Source of the DNA: Eledone cirrhosa
Taxonomy: Eukaryota
DNA: 64,000 nt
Assembly (NCBI GenBank): GCA_964016885.1
Contig: OZ024745.1
Location: 50,778,001-50,842,000 of the forward strand
Direction of reading: 5' to 3'
The position numbers and the translations under genes are program-made. Below are positions 1 through 11,965 of the stretch, piece by piece. Under the pieces are notes generated by a model, which was given only the letters and a program-made list of their open reading frames with translations, was not told where the DNA came from and searched no databases. Within the stretch, counting starts at the first letter, position 1. The number at the start of each line of letters is the position of its first letter.

Positions 1-180
1 CAAAAAAGGTTTTTATTTACAGTATTAACAATTGTTTCACTGATTAAGTTGTTTAAAAATTGCTGAACACTTGAAGCTGTGCCACTCAATTTTAAATACG
101 ATGTTAGCTTAACCAGATCACCAGAAAGGACTGTTAAAAACATACTCAGCGTTTACGAATTAAAATTACAACATCATTAA

Positions 181-460
181 TAAAGAAAGAGAGAGAAAAA
201 AGAAAAAAGAAAAAAGAAAAAAGAAAAAAGAAAAAAGAAAAAAGAAAAAAGAAAAAAGAAAAAAGAAAAAAGAAAAAAGAAAAAAGTAAAAAGAAAAAAG
301 AAAAAAGAAAAAAGAAAAAAGAAAAAAGATATAGAGAAAAAAGAGAGAGAAAAAATAAAAAATAAAGAAGAGAAAAGGATGAAAAAAAAAAAAAGATAAA
401 AAAAATAGAAAAATAGAAAAATAGAAAAATAGAAAAATAGAAAAATAGAAAAATAGAGAG
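181..460. repeat. (AAAAAAG)n and (AAAAATAG)n microsatellite
   Basis: Direct reading; explains the poly-Phe ORF 177..521. Confidence 0.95.
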
Positions 461-473
461 AAAAAATAATAAA

Positions 474-665
474 GATAATTGTTTCTACTTTAGGGACAAG
501 GACAGCAATTACCCAGTACATTACTGGTACTTTATTTTATCGACCCCGTAAGGATGAAAGGCAAAGTCAACCTCGGCGGGATTTGAACTCAGATCGTAAA
601 GAGACGTAACTATGCTGGAAAGCATGGCGTCCGACCCTCTATCGATACTGCCAATCCACCGCCCT
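474..665 (-). mobile_element. tRNA-derived SINE with Meta/MESC-like central domain
   Basis: Minus strand: GGGCGGTGGATTGGCAGTATCG A-box head, GAGTTCAAATCC B-box, GCCTTTCATCCTTACGGGGTCGATAAAATAAAGTACCAG central domain; more than a dozen related copies in the window. Confidence 0.9.
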
Positions 666-893
666 CGTAACATTATATTGATACTGCCAATAATAATAAT
701 AAATGAATACATGTTAATAAATAAGTTATAACAAAGATGATAAAAATAATACAAAATATGATAAAAAATAAATAAAAAAATTTAATATGTGTGCGAAGAA
801 AAGTAAACATAGTATGATTATTGAGAGTAGTTGTGGTGTTGGTGGTTAAAATATAGAGATATGATAGTATAAACATGAAAAGGTTAAATATAT

Positions 894-1001
894 TTCTGAT
901 GATCTGGTTAAGCTAACATCGTATTTAAAATTGAGTGGCACAGCTTCAAGTGTTCAGCAATTTTTAGACAACTTAATCAGTGAAACAATTGTTAATACTG
1001 T
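894..1001 (+). ncRNA. Hammerhead ribozyme-like motif (type I, long stem II, stem I truncated)
   Basis: CTGATGA(896-902) t ctggttaag...cttaatcag t GAAA(982-985) caattg TT aatactg; palindromic stem III; mirror copy at about 18-135 has CTGGTGA and acagt/actgt stem I. Confidence 0.6.
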
Positions 1002-1191
1002 AAATAAAAACCTTTTTTGTAATGTTGACCATGTTATTCTTCACTCTTTCAATATTATTACTCCAAGATAAACTTACATAGACATTCCCGAGAACTCACA
1101 AACTCGCCACCTACTGAAACCTCTTGTTGAGTCAAACAACGCCGTACGCTAAAACTATCCACAATACGGAGTATTCACAACCTCTAACTGG

Positions 1192-1257
1192 ATTACCTAT
1201 AACGATATTTTGTTATCCCTTATATCTATATAAGGGATAACAAAATATCGTTATAGG

Positions 1258-1261
<4 letters not shown>
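1192..1261. repeat. Perfect palindrome, 34-bp arms with 2-nt loop, abutting (TA)n
   Basis: attacctataacgatattttgttatcccttatat-ct-atataagggataacaaaatatcgttataggtaat. Confidence 0.95.
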
Positions 1262-1312
<51 letters not shown>

Positions 1313-1529
1313 AATATCTTTAAGTCGTTTGGAAGCCTCGACAATGCAAATGGGTAAATCTCCGGGTAACAAGATCCGGTGGTGGAGAGAGAGAGATGTA
1401 AGTGGGTGTACGTTGAGATGCGTGGTGTGTATAAGATGTGTAAATGTGTAGAAGAAAGAAGGGAAGAGTATAAAGGATAAAATAAAAATAACAACACAAG
1501 AGAGAGTTACCTTGGGAGAGATTTAATAG

Positions 1530-1566
1530 TCCCTATATATTTCGGATTCACATCCATCAACTGGGG
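1530..1566 (-). ncRNA. Decayed minimal hammerhead in the PLE 3' region
   Basis: ccc CAGTTGA t ggat gtga atcc GAAA tata TA ggg; CUGANGA box has two substitutions. Confidence 0.55.
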
Positions 1567-1965
1567 TTTTTTTCCGGGGTAAAGGTTGTCTGTCGGACAG
1601 GTGCGAAACGCGTCCTCCGCTGTTTGTTGTTTTGAAGATCTGAGGTATTCGGCAGAGCGCGCGTGCGCGTGAAATGGGAAATGGGTCGGTCGGGCAGAGG
1701 TCAGCGGCCAAATATTGGAGTGGGGTGGCGCTAGCTGTCAGTCCATTCTCTGCCTGTTTGTTAAATGTTTCTGTGTGTGTGTGTGCGTGTGTTGTTGTCT
1801 CGCTTGAGTGTGTGTGTGTGTGTGCGTGTGTTGTTGCCTTGTTTCTCTGTATTGGCAGTGTAGTATGTTCGTATGGTGGAATGCTACTGTGTGTGTGTGC
1901 GTGTGTGTGTGTAATTGTCTCGTTTGTGTGTGCGTGTGTTGTGTGTTGCTACATCGTTTGTTAAC

Positions 1966-3966
1966 TTAAACCAGCCATCTCATTTCGCTTCTCTCTAATC
2001 GGTTATTTATTTGCGGTTGCAGGCGTTTGATAAAAAGCGCTTCCTTGATACGTAACGTGCCGACGTTTCTTTCAGTTGCTAGAATTGTGACAATGGGCCT
2101 TCCGTCTTTGTTTCCGCATTTGTCTATGTGTTTCCGGAAAGACGAGGCCCTGGTTTTAGTGTGTTCCTTGATCCGGATGTGCAAAGGTCGGATTGTGCTA
2201 CCTATGTAGTATTGGTTGCACCTGTCACATTCTATCTTATACACGACGTATGTGCGTAGGCAACAGTTCGCATGGCGTATCGGGCAGTCTCTGAGGGAGC
2301 ATGCGTCAGTAGATTTCCCGGGTTTCTTGGAGAGGCATCTTCGCAGGGAGGGGCCCGAGTGGGCCAGGTGGATGTCGAGGCCCTCCCTCCGTATAGCTTT
2401 GCGGATAGCGTTGGTGGTATTCTCGCCCAGGTGTGGCATTTTAAGGAAGCACTTGCCTTGGGTGCCTCTCTGTCTCTTGTGTTTGGTGTCTCCTATTCTG
2501 TCTGTGATCGAGGTAGGGTACCCGTTCGTCTCCAGCACCTCGAGGAATCGCTTGGTATGAGTGACACCACTCGCGGGATCGCTGCATCTGTTTTTGATTC
2601 GCGCGATCTCGTTCGTGATGTATCCTCTTTTGGCACTGTTAGGGAGGGCGGACTTGTAGTGAACGAACAGGTCCCTGCAGGCTGCCTTTCGGTAGAAGTT
2701 GCACTGGATTCTTCCCTGTTCCGTGATGTTGATTCGGAAGTCGAGAAGGGCAAGTGACCCGTCTTCGTTGGGGTGTTCAACACTGAAGTCAATGTTCTAG
2801 TCCGTGTTGTTGAACGTCTCATAGATTCTGTTCGCCGTGTCTTGGGAAGATGTGAGGATGAGGATATCGTCCACGTACCTTGAGAAAAAGGCTACGGCGT
2901 TGGGGTGGCAGGCGTTGAGTGCCTTGCGTTCGAGGTTGTCCATGTAAGAGATCGCTAGCACACCTGATAGGCTTGATCCCATGGGCAATCCCGAGGTTTG
3001 TTGGTATGTTTAGTCAAGGAATCCGAAGTAGGTGTTGTCGACGACGATGGATAGGAGTTGGTGGATGTCAGTGGTGGTGAGCCCGAAGCAGTGTAGGTCG
3101 GTGGATTGGACGCGTCCCATTAGTATATTGACGGCCGGGAGTGCCGGGACCGAGGTGTAGAGAGCGACTACATCAAGGCTGAAGGCATATCTGTTATTCC
3201 TTCTGGTGTCGGAATCCATTTGATGCAGGCGCTTCAACACCTCCTCGGAGCTGATAACGTGTCCCGGCAAGGTGTCTAAGATGGGTTTGAGTATTCTGGC
3301 TAGGAGCCATGAAATTTTGTAGAGTGGTCCCTCCACGCTCGATACGATGGGCCTGATCTTCAGGTCGGGTCCCTGTTTGTGTGTTTTCACGAGGTGGTAG
3401 AAGGCGGGTAGTCTGCTGTTCCTCGTGAGGAGGTTGTATCTCAGCTTCTTCGGGAGCTTCCGCCGGTCGCACATGTTGGTCCAGGCGGCGTTGATGTGCT
3501 CTTCTATCTGCGCGGGAGTGATTCCCGTGACCTTGGAGTAGAGGTTGTCATCGTCAAGGTGTTGGAGGGCCAGGGTGTTGTAGGCCTCTCTGCTGATGAC
3601 GCAGAATTCTTTTCCCTTGTTGGAGGGGAGATAGATGAGGTTCTTCGATTTTAGGTTGGAGAGAGTGGTGAGTTGAGATTTGGTGAGGTTATGTGTTGTG
3701 TGTGTTTGTGAAGTATATCCGAGATGGAGTGTTTTAGCCTGATGAGTTTAGTGTCGAGTTCGTGGTTGGTGGGTGGGGGGTGGAGTGGGTTGTCGGGGTG
3801 GTAAGTGGGGAACTTGGGGTGGGTTGCGTGGACGCTGTTATTTTCTGTGGCGCTGTTGATGGCGGTCACCCATTTAAGTTGGTAAGCGGCTCGACAAAAG
3901 TTGGCCTCGATGTTGAGTTTGAGTCTGTCGTCGAGACGTTGTGAGACGATTAACTTGTGTCCGAGG
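1966..3966 (-). pseudogene. RT + GIY-YIG endonuclease ORF of the PLE, disrupted
   Basis: ORF pieces 3010..3474, 2797..2988 and 1966..2538 join in frame across a TAA (about 3010) and a TAG (about 2797); frameshift near 3660. Confidence 0.9.
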
Positions 3967-4089
3967 TATATATATATATCCAGCAGAGGTCAACTTTGCT
4001 TTTCATACTTTCAAGGTCGATGAAAAAGTACCAGACTAGTACTGGTTGATTCTTCCTCTATACTCTTTCTCTCTCTCTCTCTCTCTCTA

Positions 4090-4130
4090 GGACTAAAACT
4101 GTTTCATTCGTTTGAAATCATCAGGATCCT
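4090..4130 (-). ncRNA. Decayed minimal hammerhead
   Basis: aggatc CTGATGA t ttc aaac gaa t GAAA cag TT ttagtcct; stem I imperfect. Confidence 0.45.
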
Positions 4131-4154
4131 ACATATATTATATTATATTATATT

Positions 4155-4183
<29 letters not shown>

Positions 4184-4191
<8 letters not shown>

Positions 4192-4437
4192 TTAGAGGAA
4201 TTCCAACTTTGTCTGATTTACTCGTTTTATTTACAATCCTTTAAAATTTATAATGGTATTATAATGAAATAGTATGATAGAATATTAAATGTTAAATGTT
4301 AAGTGTTAATTGAACAAGTACTTTCATGCTTTCGCAATCTTCAGGTTCATAATGTGTGGTGACAGTCAAGTTTGCAATTTTCAACTGTGAATAAAACGAG
4401 TAAATCAGACAAAGTTGGAATTCCTCTTATTAATATA
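4184..4437 (-). mobile_element. Short non-coding PLE-type element with inverted terminal copy, abutting (TA)n
   Basis: About 42-bp inverted arms at 4194-4235 and 4386-4427 enclosing an intact hammerhead. Confidence 0.75.
4311..4349 (-). ncRNA. Minimal type I hammerhead ribozyme, intact core
   Basis: tgaac CTGAAGA t tgc gaaa gca t GAAA gtac TT gttca; perfect 5-bp stem I, palindromic AGTACT stem III. Confidence 0.85.
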
Positions 4438-4468
4438 ATCTTCTATACACAATCATACACACCCGTGT

Positions 4469-4570
<102 letters not shown>

Positions 4571-5764
4571 CAATATTTAAAATAAGAAAACTAAATTAAT
4601 GTTAGGTTGAGGGATTTGTGTTCGTTTTCCTTTTCCTTTATTTCTGTAGCATAAAAAATCCAGTCTTATAGTTTTGTTTTGAATAGATCAGCTAATAATT
4701 GTGACTATTTCGTGACTTTCGGAATTCTTTCCATATTTGCCTGAATATCAAAGGTTAGAGCCAAATAAGCATCAACATGCTATCTCCAAGTTATTTGTTT
4801 TATTGTATTATTGCATTTCTTTGTCCCGGTTGTTTGCATTTCATTTCAGCAACCACTGGTAATTAAACCTTTGAGCAATATCATATGTTTTCTGTGATAA
4901 TAGAACTGTTTCATGATGCCATACTAGTTTGTTTGCTTGATGTTCTTTGTACGGATTTGAATGTCAATAATATTTAAATACTGTGGTGGCCACTAACACC
5001 GGATGACACAATGATCTAGGTTCTATTCTTTGTTGAAAAGATTTCATTTTATTTATTTCATTAGCATATACGAAAACAAAATGACCGACACAACATTTTA
5101 CTCTTCCGCCCACCCATAAAAATTATTAAGGTTTAATGTCTATTCAAAAACAACTACTCTATAATATTTGTTTGTGAGGTAGTGTAAGTTATCACATCAT
5201 TATGACGGAGTGTTGTGTTCCGTTGAATGGTCAGGTATTACTCTTTATATAGTAGGACACTCAATCATTGCATGTTGTTACTGATTAGAAGATATGAGAA
5301 GCTTTCCATGCTATACGTATGACGTGAGTTGAACTTTTAACTTGGTAACAAGCTCAGTTTTACTAAGTCGCTACTGATGACAACAGTGAGGCGTTTCACT
5401 TTATAGTAATATATTCTAGCTAGATAGAGGGAGTCTATGCAACTAAAAGTCTGAGTGACGAATAGAATGCCTTGCAGTATTTGTTCCAACTTTCTTCTTC
5501 TTCTCTCTTTGAGTGAGAAAAGGGGCATATAGTTACAGAAAACCTGACCCTGCTCCCAGTTCACCAGATCTTCATTCAGTTGGCACCGTATGAGCCGTAA
5601 CTGTACGAAGAATTCATATTTCCTTTTCAAATAAACACTCTTGTTATTACAAAAAGAGAGAAAAGATAACGATGTATTAAATTGCATGGCGTCTGAAACA
5701 AAACGAAATAAAAGCAAAAAAAAAAAAGGAACCCAAAACTACGAAACATAAATCTTGTTATGTC

Positions 5765-5848
5765 TATTAGTATTAGTAGTAGTAATGGTGGTAGTGGTGG
5801 TGGTGGTGATGGTAGTAGTAATAGTGGTGGTAGGTAGTAGTGGTGGCG

Positions 5849-5910
<62 letters not shown>

Positions 5911-5955
5911 TGTGATGATAGTCGTGGTGGTGGTAATAGTAGTAGTAGTAGTAGC
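5765..5955. repeat. (GTA)n/(GTG)n microsatellite
   Basis: Direct reading; explains the poly-Val and poly-Ser ORFs. Confidence 0.95.
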
Positions 5956-6826
5956 TGTTATTTTTGTGGTTAAGGAGGAGAAAAGAAAGGGTAAGATGGG
6001 AAATTATGATTCTGGCCTAGATGTATTTCAACCGTATTTTAAAGAAAAGCTGTGTTAAGGTTTAAAATATAGATTTGCCGTCATAAAACCTGCTGAATGT
6101 TTAAAACAGGACAAATTAAAAAGTCATTTCGAATTATATCTCATTGGTAAACTTTATACATATTTCTATAAACAAAGAAACGCAGCTATTCAAACATATT
6201 AATAAACAGAGAAGTCATACCGTGGACAAAAGACAACAATAAACTTCGTAAGATCCAAATCAGCAAGGCGTTTTCTACTCTTATTTGAAGAAATTTGACG
6301 TCTTTAATGTAACTGAGACCTTTCTTTTATGTCAATAATGCTCATGACATCAATATAGCCGTCAGAACATCCATTTTAATCTGAGTGATTGGCTTGCCGA
6401 AACGTTCCTATTTCCTAAAACTCTCGAGTTTCATGCGTCTGTATAGAAGTATATGTATGTATATGTATGTATATGTATATGTGTTCATGTGTGTATTGTA
6501 AAACACGTCTATGCTCACATTTGAGCTAATTAAGAATTTTTCATATTTTCTTCTTTAGCTGAGAACAGTAAATTCTATAGCTATCAACATTTCTTTATCA
6601 TATTTTATGAGTGTACTCGCTGGTAGTGACGTTGGAATTATGCACATAGTTAATATTATGAGCGTTAACTCAAAGCTACTTTCAGCCATAAGATCCGATA
6701 TCGTGCTGGTCGACAATAATCTTGATGAAATCTTGTTGAGGATGTTGCGCTTGACGATAGAGTGACTGATGCAATACAAATCCCCAGTTGTTCATCGTGG
6801 CGAAGCCCTTGCCATTTTTCGCGGGG

Positions 6827-6888
<62 letters not shown>

Positions 6889-6945
6889 ATCTGCCTTCCT
6901 ACCAATAACTAATTTCCGACCGGTCCTTTAAGACCTACACAGGGA

Positions 6946-6988
6946 TACTCTTGATAAAGGGTTTTTAAACCCGAAAACATTTGGAATA
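6946..6988 (+). ncRNA. Decayed hammerhead relic near (TA)n
   Basis: tactc TTGATAA a gggttt tt aaaccc GAAA acat TT ggaata. Confidence 0.4.
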
Positions 6989-7120
6989 ATTAAATTTGCT
7001 AAGGTAAAATTAATTCTATTGTTATCTTGTTACCTTTAAATTTCTAACGCATTGTATGGCTTTTAAAGTTATTTGAATTTATATTTCCTATTGAACAATG
7101 CTTCAAGCAAACTACAACGC

Positions 7121-7825
7121 TCTTATATATATATATATATATATAAAGACGAAGTGTGTGTGTGTGGACAATTTTTAATGAGGGCTCATATATTCTAAAC
7201 CATTCATGTGATTTTTTTGAAATTTTTGACAGAGCTTCTCTTTGCACAAAACCTGTACAAAGGCTTTCCAAAATCGATATTGGGGCCTTTGGAGATATTA
7301 AAAAATGTCGGTTATTTGTGTGAATTTTCGTGATTAAGTAAGACAAGAGTTATCTTTAAGTAAGACAAAAGTTATCTTTCGTAATTCGGCTCATTCGGAT
7401 TTTAATTTACTCTTTGTACTTGAAACAAAAGGTACGCTTCCTTGAGACTAACAATATCATTTTGTATATTCACAACCAGCAATTTCTAACAGATTACTAA
7501 GTTAAGTTATAGATTTGACATTGTATAATTTATCGTTTCAAGCTTGATGTTCATACATTAAGTGATGTCATAACTTTTACAATATTATGCTTTGTACATA
7601 ATAGTGTCTATTATTCACTTCACTTCTCTATTTCATGATGCGCTTTTACTGTTGTCAAAAAAGACACCGAGCTCACATATTAATTATTTCGCTGGAATAG
7701 TGCCTAAAGTTTTCATGTTTACATAAAGTACGTTTTTCTTCTATGTATTCAAATTTACTTTGTTTATTTTAATGAGCTACATCGAAAGCTACTTGAACCG
7801 TCCAAAGGACGGGTAGTTTAGCTAG
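7121..7825 (+). mobile_element. Non-autonomous Helitron
   Basis: 5' TC(TA)nAAAGACGAAGTGTG; 3' hairpin ccgtcc-aaa-ggacgg followed by CTAG|T; the same 3' end occurs inverted at 27128-27290. Confidence 0.75.
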
Positions 7826-7876
7826 TATATATATATATATATGAAAATCAGTGCTGCGAAGACTGAGACACACCTC

Positions 7877-7913
<37 letters not shown>

Positions 7914-7914
<1 letters not shown>

Positions 7915-8190
7915 GAGGGGGGTTGAAAAAAGTTCATAGGCTGACTATAAAGGAGTGATGCTATAGCTGTGAAATCTTGCATGCATTCATTTCAACTCTT
8001 CGTATTAATAACTGAATTGTTTCTTTTCAAGGACTATGTTGAAAAGAAAGGGTAAGATGGGAAATTATGATTCTGGCCTAGTTGTATTTCTACCCTATTT
8101 TAAAGAAAAGCTGTGTTAAGGTTTAAAACCTCACTTGGTCAATCCATGAGAATATCTTGGTCAGCCTATAAACTTTTCAGCTGACCTTCG
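7914..8190. mobile_element. Tc1/mariner MITE
   Basis: TIRs cgaggg..aaaagttcataggctgac / gtcagcctataaacttttcagctgaccttcg with TA on both sides; same TIR as the mariner at 31724. Confidence 0.85.
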
Positions 8191-8915
8191 TATATATGTG
8201 TGTATGTAAAGTGTGGGAGTGCGTATTTGAAAAAAAAAATTTATTTATTTATTTATTATTTATAGGATGCAGTCGTTGTGTTTATTTCGGGTTTGTATTT
8301 TGTTGTAATTAAAGCTTCCATAGCTAATCTATTTTTGTGTGGACGTCTATGTCAGATTATTTTTTTCTATCTATTTTTATGTGTTGTACTGTAATGTAAT
8401 AAATACATGCTTTGTCAACTGTCGTATTTGTATGTTCTAGCAATAGATTGAGTCCCGACGTTTACAAATTTAATGTTTGCATTGAAATGTCTACATCATG
8501 TTAGTCATCTGAAATAAGCCCTCTATCTGCTAGTCTCGTGTTGATGGAGCAATGAGAACATTTTTAATTTTCGTGTTATTGTAATACATTCTTACTTTTA
8601 TTCGGTGAAATACATGCCGCGTTCTTTTATGATTTTTTAAAACCATAATCATCCATTTTATAACCAGGATGAATTGGATTCATAAAATACACTCGTGGTG
8701 CGGTTGTATTACTTTTACTGGATACTCTGCCCGTTATATACATGCTGAACTGGTATTAGATATAGAGAGTGGGAGAGTTTGGTGTTAATTGGGTGGGGGG
8801 CTTGGGAAAGCAGTTATTGTATAGTGGACGTTCGTAAATATGAGGTTTCTTGTAATGAATACGTGTGAATTATTGACCGACGTAAGAATGAAAACTCAAT
8901 ACCGAAGTAGAGTTT

Positions 8916-9060
8916 AAATATTCATTTATTATGGCTAAGCCGTGTTACCCTGGAGTTTAACTTGCGTATTCACAGGATCATCAGACAAGACTGGTGACCC
9001 TGTGAGTGCGCAGCTGAAACATAGGGTAACAAAGCTCACCAATAGCCATAATAAATGAAT

Positions 9061-9064
<4 letters not shown>
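8916..9064. repeat. Diverged fold-back (about 70-bp arms) next to (TA)n, with a CTGATGA relic
   Basis: attcatttattatggcta..gttaccct..cacaggatcatcag-acaaga-ctggtgaccctgtg..agggtaac..tagccataataaatgaat. Confidence 0.7.
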
Positions 9065-9118
<54 letters not shown>

Positions 9119-9310
9119 ACAGGGAGAAAAAGACGATTATTAGGAAGAAACATTTTTTTTTTTCCCTTTTTATTTTTTCTCTCTTTTTTTCTGAGTTAGA
9201 AAATGATTAAAACGAAATATTTTACTTTGTGTGAAGTGTTAAGGTATTAGTTAATTTATTTATTAATTAACAATAGCATTTATTTATTTATTTATATATT
9301 TAATAATTGT

Positions 9311-9349
9311 CTATTACCGGTTTCAGCATTTTTATGCATTATCAAATGA
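9311..9349 (-). ncRNA. Decayed minimal hammerhead in the PLE 3' UTR
   Basis: tcat TTGATAA t gcat aaaa atgc t GAAA ccgg TA atag. Confidence 0.55.
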
Positions 9350-9701
9350 TAATAATATGTATTGGTGTAGAATGGTGGTGTTGGACATGTTAAAGAAATG
9401 GTGCCGAAAGAATAATGTTATTTACAGGCATAGTTCTTGAAGATAAGCAGATCAAAATGTGTTAATATAGCAAGAGTTCTTAGTTGATCCATGATGGAGG
9501 CAAATGGTGGACTGGGGTTTGATATGATTTCCCTTTTTAGAGAGTTAATATGCAGGGGGAGGTAATTCAGGGTGGGGGGGGGGGGGAGAAATGCTGGATG
9601 ATATTTAATTTATTTAAGAAAAAGGATTAGGTAGGGTGTTAGGGAAGTAACTCATTAGAGAGACATGGGTATTTGTAAATGTTTCTTTGTTCGTTCCAGT
9701 T

Positions 9702-11965
9702 TTAGTTTAGTTCGAAGTTTAGTGCATTAAGTAGAGATTGGAATTTGTTAATGAAATACGTTTCCTTATTGGTACGATGGATGAAAGTAACGTTGTCTAT
9801 GAATTTGTAAATGGGGAAAATTTTAAAGTTTGGATGTTGGTTGGGTGCACAATTGGCGATATGTTCACTAAATCTTTCTGTATTCCTGTATTTTGATTTG
9901 TGATTTATGAACATTCATACGTTGTCGGAGGCTGTTTTTTGTCTGTCCTATGTAGTGCTCTTGACAACCTGAGCAGGTCAAAACATAGATTAGGTTTTCA
10001 GATGCACATGTAAAGGTGTGTTTAACTGTGAAATGTTGTCCTTGTTTAAAATGGAATGTTGAACCTTCTATTAGATTTATGCATATGCCACAGTTGGGCC
10101 TTCCGCATTTTGTTACTGTATGGTTCATTGTGAGGGTTTGCTGGATTTTGGCTTGTGTGAGGATGTTTTTTTATGGATTTAGGTTGTCTTTTGCTTTTAT
10201 GATGTTGTGTGTTTGGAGGATTTTGTTCATTCTTGGGTCTATTTTTAGTAAAGGAATATTCTGGAGGATGGTGTCGAATGTTGAGGGGGTTGTGTGTGGA
10301 GATGTATGGTAGAGTTTTCTGTTGCGGTTAATTCCTGGGTTTGGGGTGTCTGAGTTCCTGGATGTCGAGTTTTAGGGCACGTTGGAATCCATTGTTGATT
10401 AGGGATGGTGGGTAGTTTCTGCTGATAAGTGTGTTTTTTAATTCTTCTAGTCGTGTGTAGCATGTGTAGTTATCTGAAACTATTGTGCAGATCCTTCTGG
10501 CTAGGTTATAAGGAATTGCCATTTTGGTATGTCGAGGGTGGCACGAGTTGAATGGAAGGTATTGTTTGGAGTCTGTGGGTTTGTAGTATATGTCTGTTTC
10601 TATTTTGTTGTTTGTTTTCTTGATGAGGATGTCGAGGAAAGGGAGTTGTTCATGGCTGTAATCCATTGTGAATTGTAAGTTTGTGTTGAGTCCATTCAGA
10701 AGGGTTTTAAACTCAATCAGTCTATCTATACTTTCATGCCAGAAGATGAAGCAGTCGTCCAGATATCTCTTCCAGTTCTTTTCTATGGGTTGGTAGAAGT
10801 GGTTACCGTATTTGTCTAGAACTTTGCGGTAGAGAGTGGTTTCCAAATATCCCATGACAGGGTTGGCGTATGAGGGGGCTACTTTCGTGCCCATGGCAGT
10901 CCCAGATTTCTGTCTGTAGTATTTGGCATTGAATTCGAAGAAATTGTTTTCCAAGATGAATTTGAGTCCCTCCAAAACAAATACTTTAGGGATGCGCTGT
11001 CGGAGTTCACTAGGGAAATTTTCAAGCCAGAATTGTATTGCCTCTATACCTAGGTTGTGTGGGATATTGGAATATAAATTGATGACATCAAAGGTTACTA
11101 GTAGGGTATGTTCATTATTGAGTGTTGTTGGGAGGTGGTTGAGCATATCAAGGTCGTCCCTTATGAAGCTTTTTATGTGTTTTAGGAAAGGTTTAAGCAG
11201 AATATCTAGGAAGTTGTTTAGGCGGTGGGTTTCACATGTGGTGCCTGCTATTATGGGTCTTAATTTAAGGTCACCAGGAGGGGCTATATTGATGTAAATG
11301 TCTGTGGCTTGCTTGCAGGCCCTACCTATTACTTCGCTTTTGTGTGTCTTTGGGATACCGTAGAAGAGGCTGGTTCTGCTTTTGAAATTGGTGATGTAGT
11401 TGTATTCCTTGTCTGTAAGGCCTTCTTTGTAAAGGGTTGTTAGGGATTTTAGGTTTCTCATTATTTTCTGTTGTATGTAGTGTTGGGCCTTTTCATAAGA
11501 TGTTTGGTTTTCTAGAGTTGAGAGTACTAGAGTCGTGTAGTAATCTGTCCCCATAAGGACTACTGCACTCCCTTTATCTGCCTCTTTGATTGTTAGGATT
11601 TTGTCGTTTTTTAGACTGTTAAGACCATTCCATTCTTTTTTGCTCAGGTTTGGTTTTTGTTTGTGTCTGTGTAGGTGGTGGTATGGGTAATTAGTAATGT
11701 GTTCGCAGAATTCATCGAGAAATTTGTTCTTGCCTTTTGGTGGGGTGTAGTTGCTTCTATTTCTGGCTATTGAGTCATCCTCATTGTATTTGTCGTATAG
11801 TTGTTCGCTGAGTCTTAGTTTTCTACAGAATTCTGCAAAATCTTCCTTCATTTCGGGGTAGTTTGGTTGTTGGGGAGTTGGTGTAAATTTTAGACCTTTG
11901 GAGAGTATGTTGATTTGGTCTGTTGTTAATTCTTTAGAGGTTAAATTAACAATTTTTATTACATT
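9702..11965 (-). pseudogene. PLE RT + GIY-YIG ORF, frameshifted
   Basis: ORFs 10328..11851 (RT), 9868..10128 and 9702..9914 (endonuclease) need frameshifts near 10330 and 9875. Confidence 0.9.

Larger units (their letters stand above)
1..1019. repeat. Inverted repeat, arms 1-127 and 893-1019 (may extend left of the window); each arm carries a hammerhead-like motif
   Basis: 1-127 (caaaaaagg...ccagaaa) is the reverse complement of 893-1019 (tttctgatgatc...ccttttttg) with about 2 mismatches; the spacer holds an A-rich microsatellite and a SINE. Confidence 0.9.
1310..3966 (-). mobile_element. Penelope-like retroelement, Naiad-like, 5'-truncated, flanked by (TA)n
   Basis: RT motifs KTHK, IRPIVS, SLDVVALYTSVP, GLPMGS, RYVDD, FYRK..FVHYKSALP; Cys linker CSLRDCP..C; GIY-YIG VVYKIECDRC..YIGST.R.LHIRIKEH. 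Clade assignment from recalled motif patterns. Confidence 0.9.

Noticed and set aside
1585-1620. Plus-strand GAAACGCGTC as a hammerhead half
   Set aside because: No intact CUGANGA partner or stem I pairing found nearby.
2027-2822. Antisense and alternative-frame ORFs over the PLE and LINE coding regions (also 35526-37397)
   Set aside because: By-products of GC-rich retroelement coding sequence.
1966-3966. Selenocysteine recoding in the Naiad-like PLE
   Set aside because: Some Naiads are reported to use in-frame UGA, but the in-frame stops here are TAA and TAG.
5337-5717. 126-aa minus-strand ORF with an acceptor-like TTTTGTTTCAG as a host exon
   Set aside because: No recognisable protein motif and no partner exons; cannot be supported without transcripts.
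6550-6830. Stop-poor unique stretch as an exon
   Set aside because: Short open frames on both strands with no recognisable homology.
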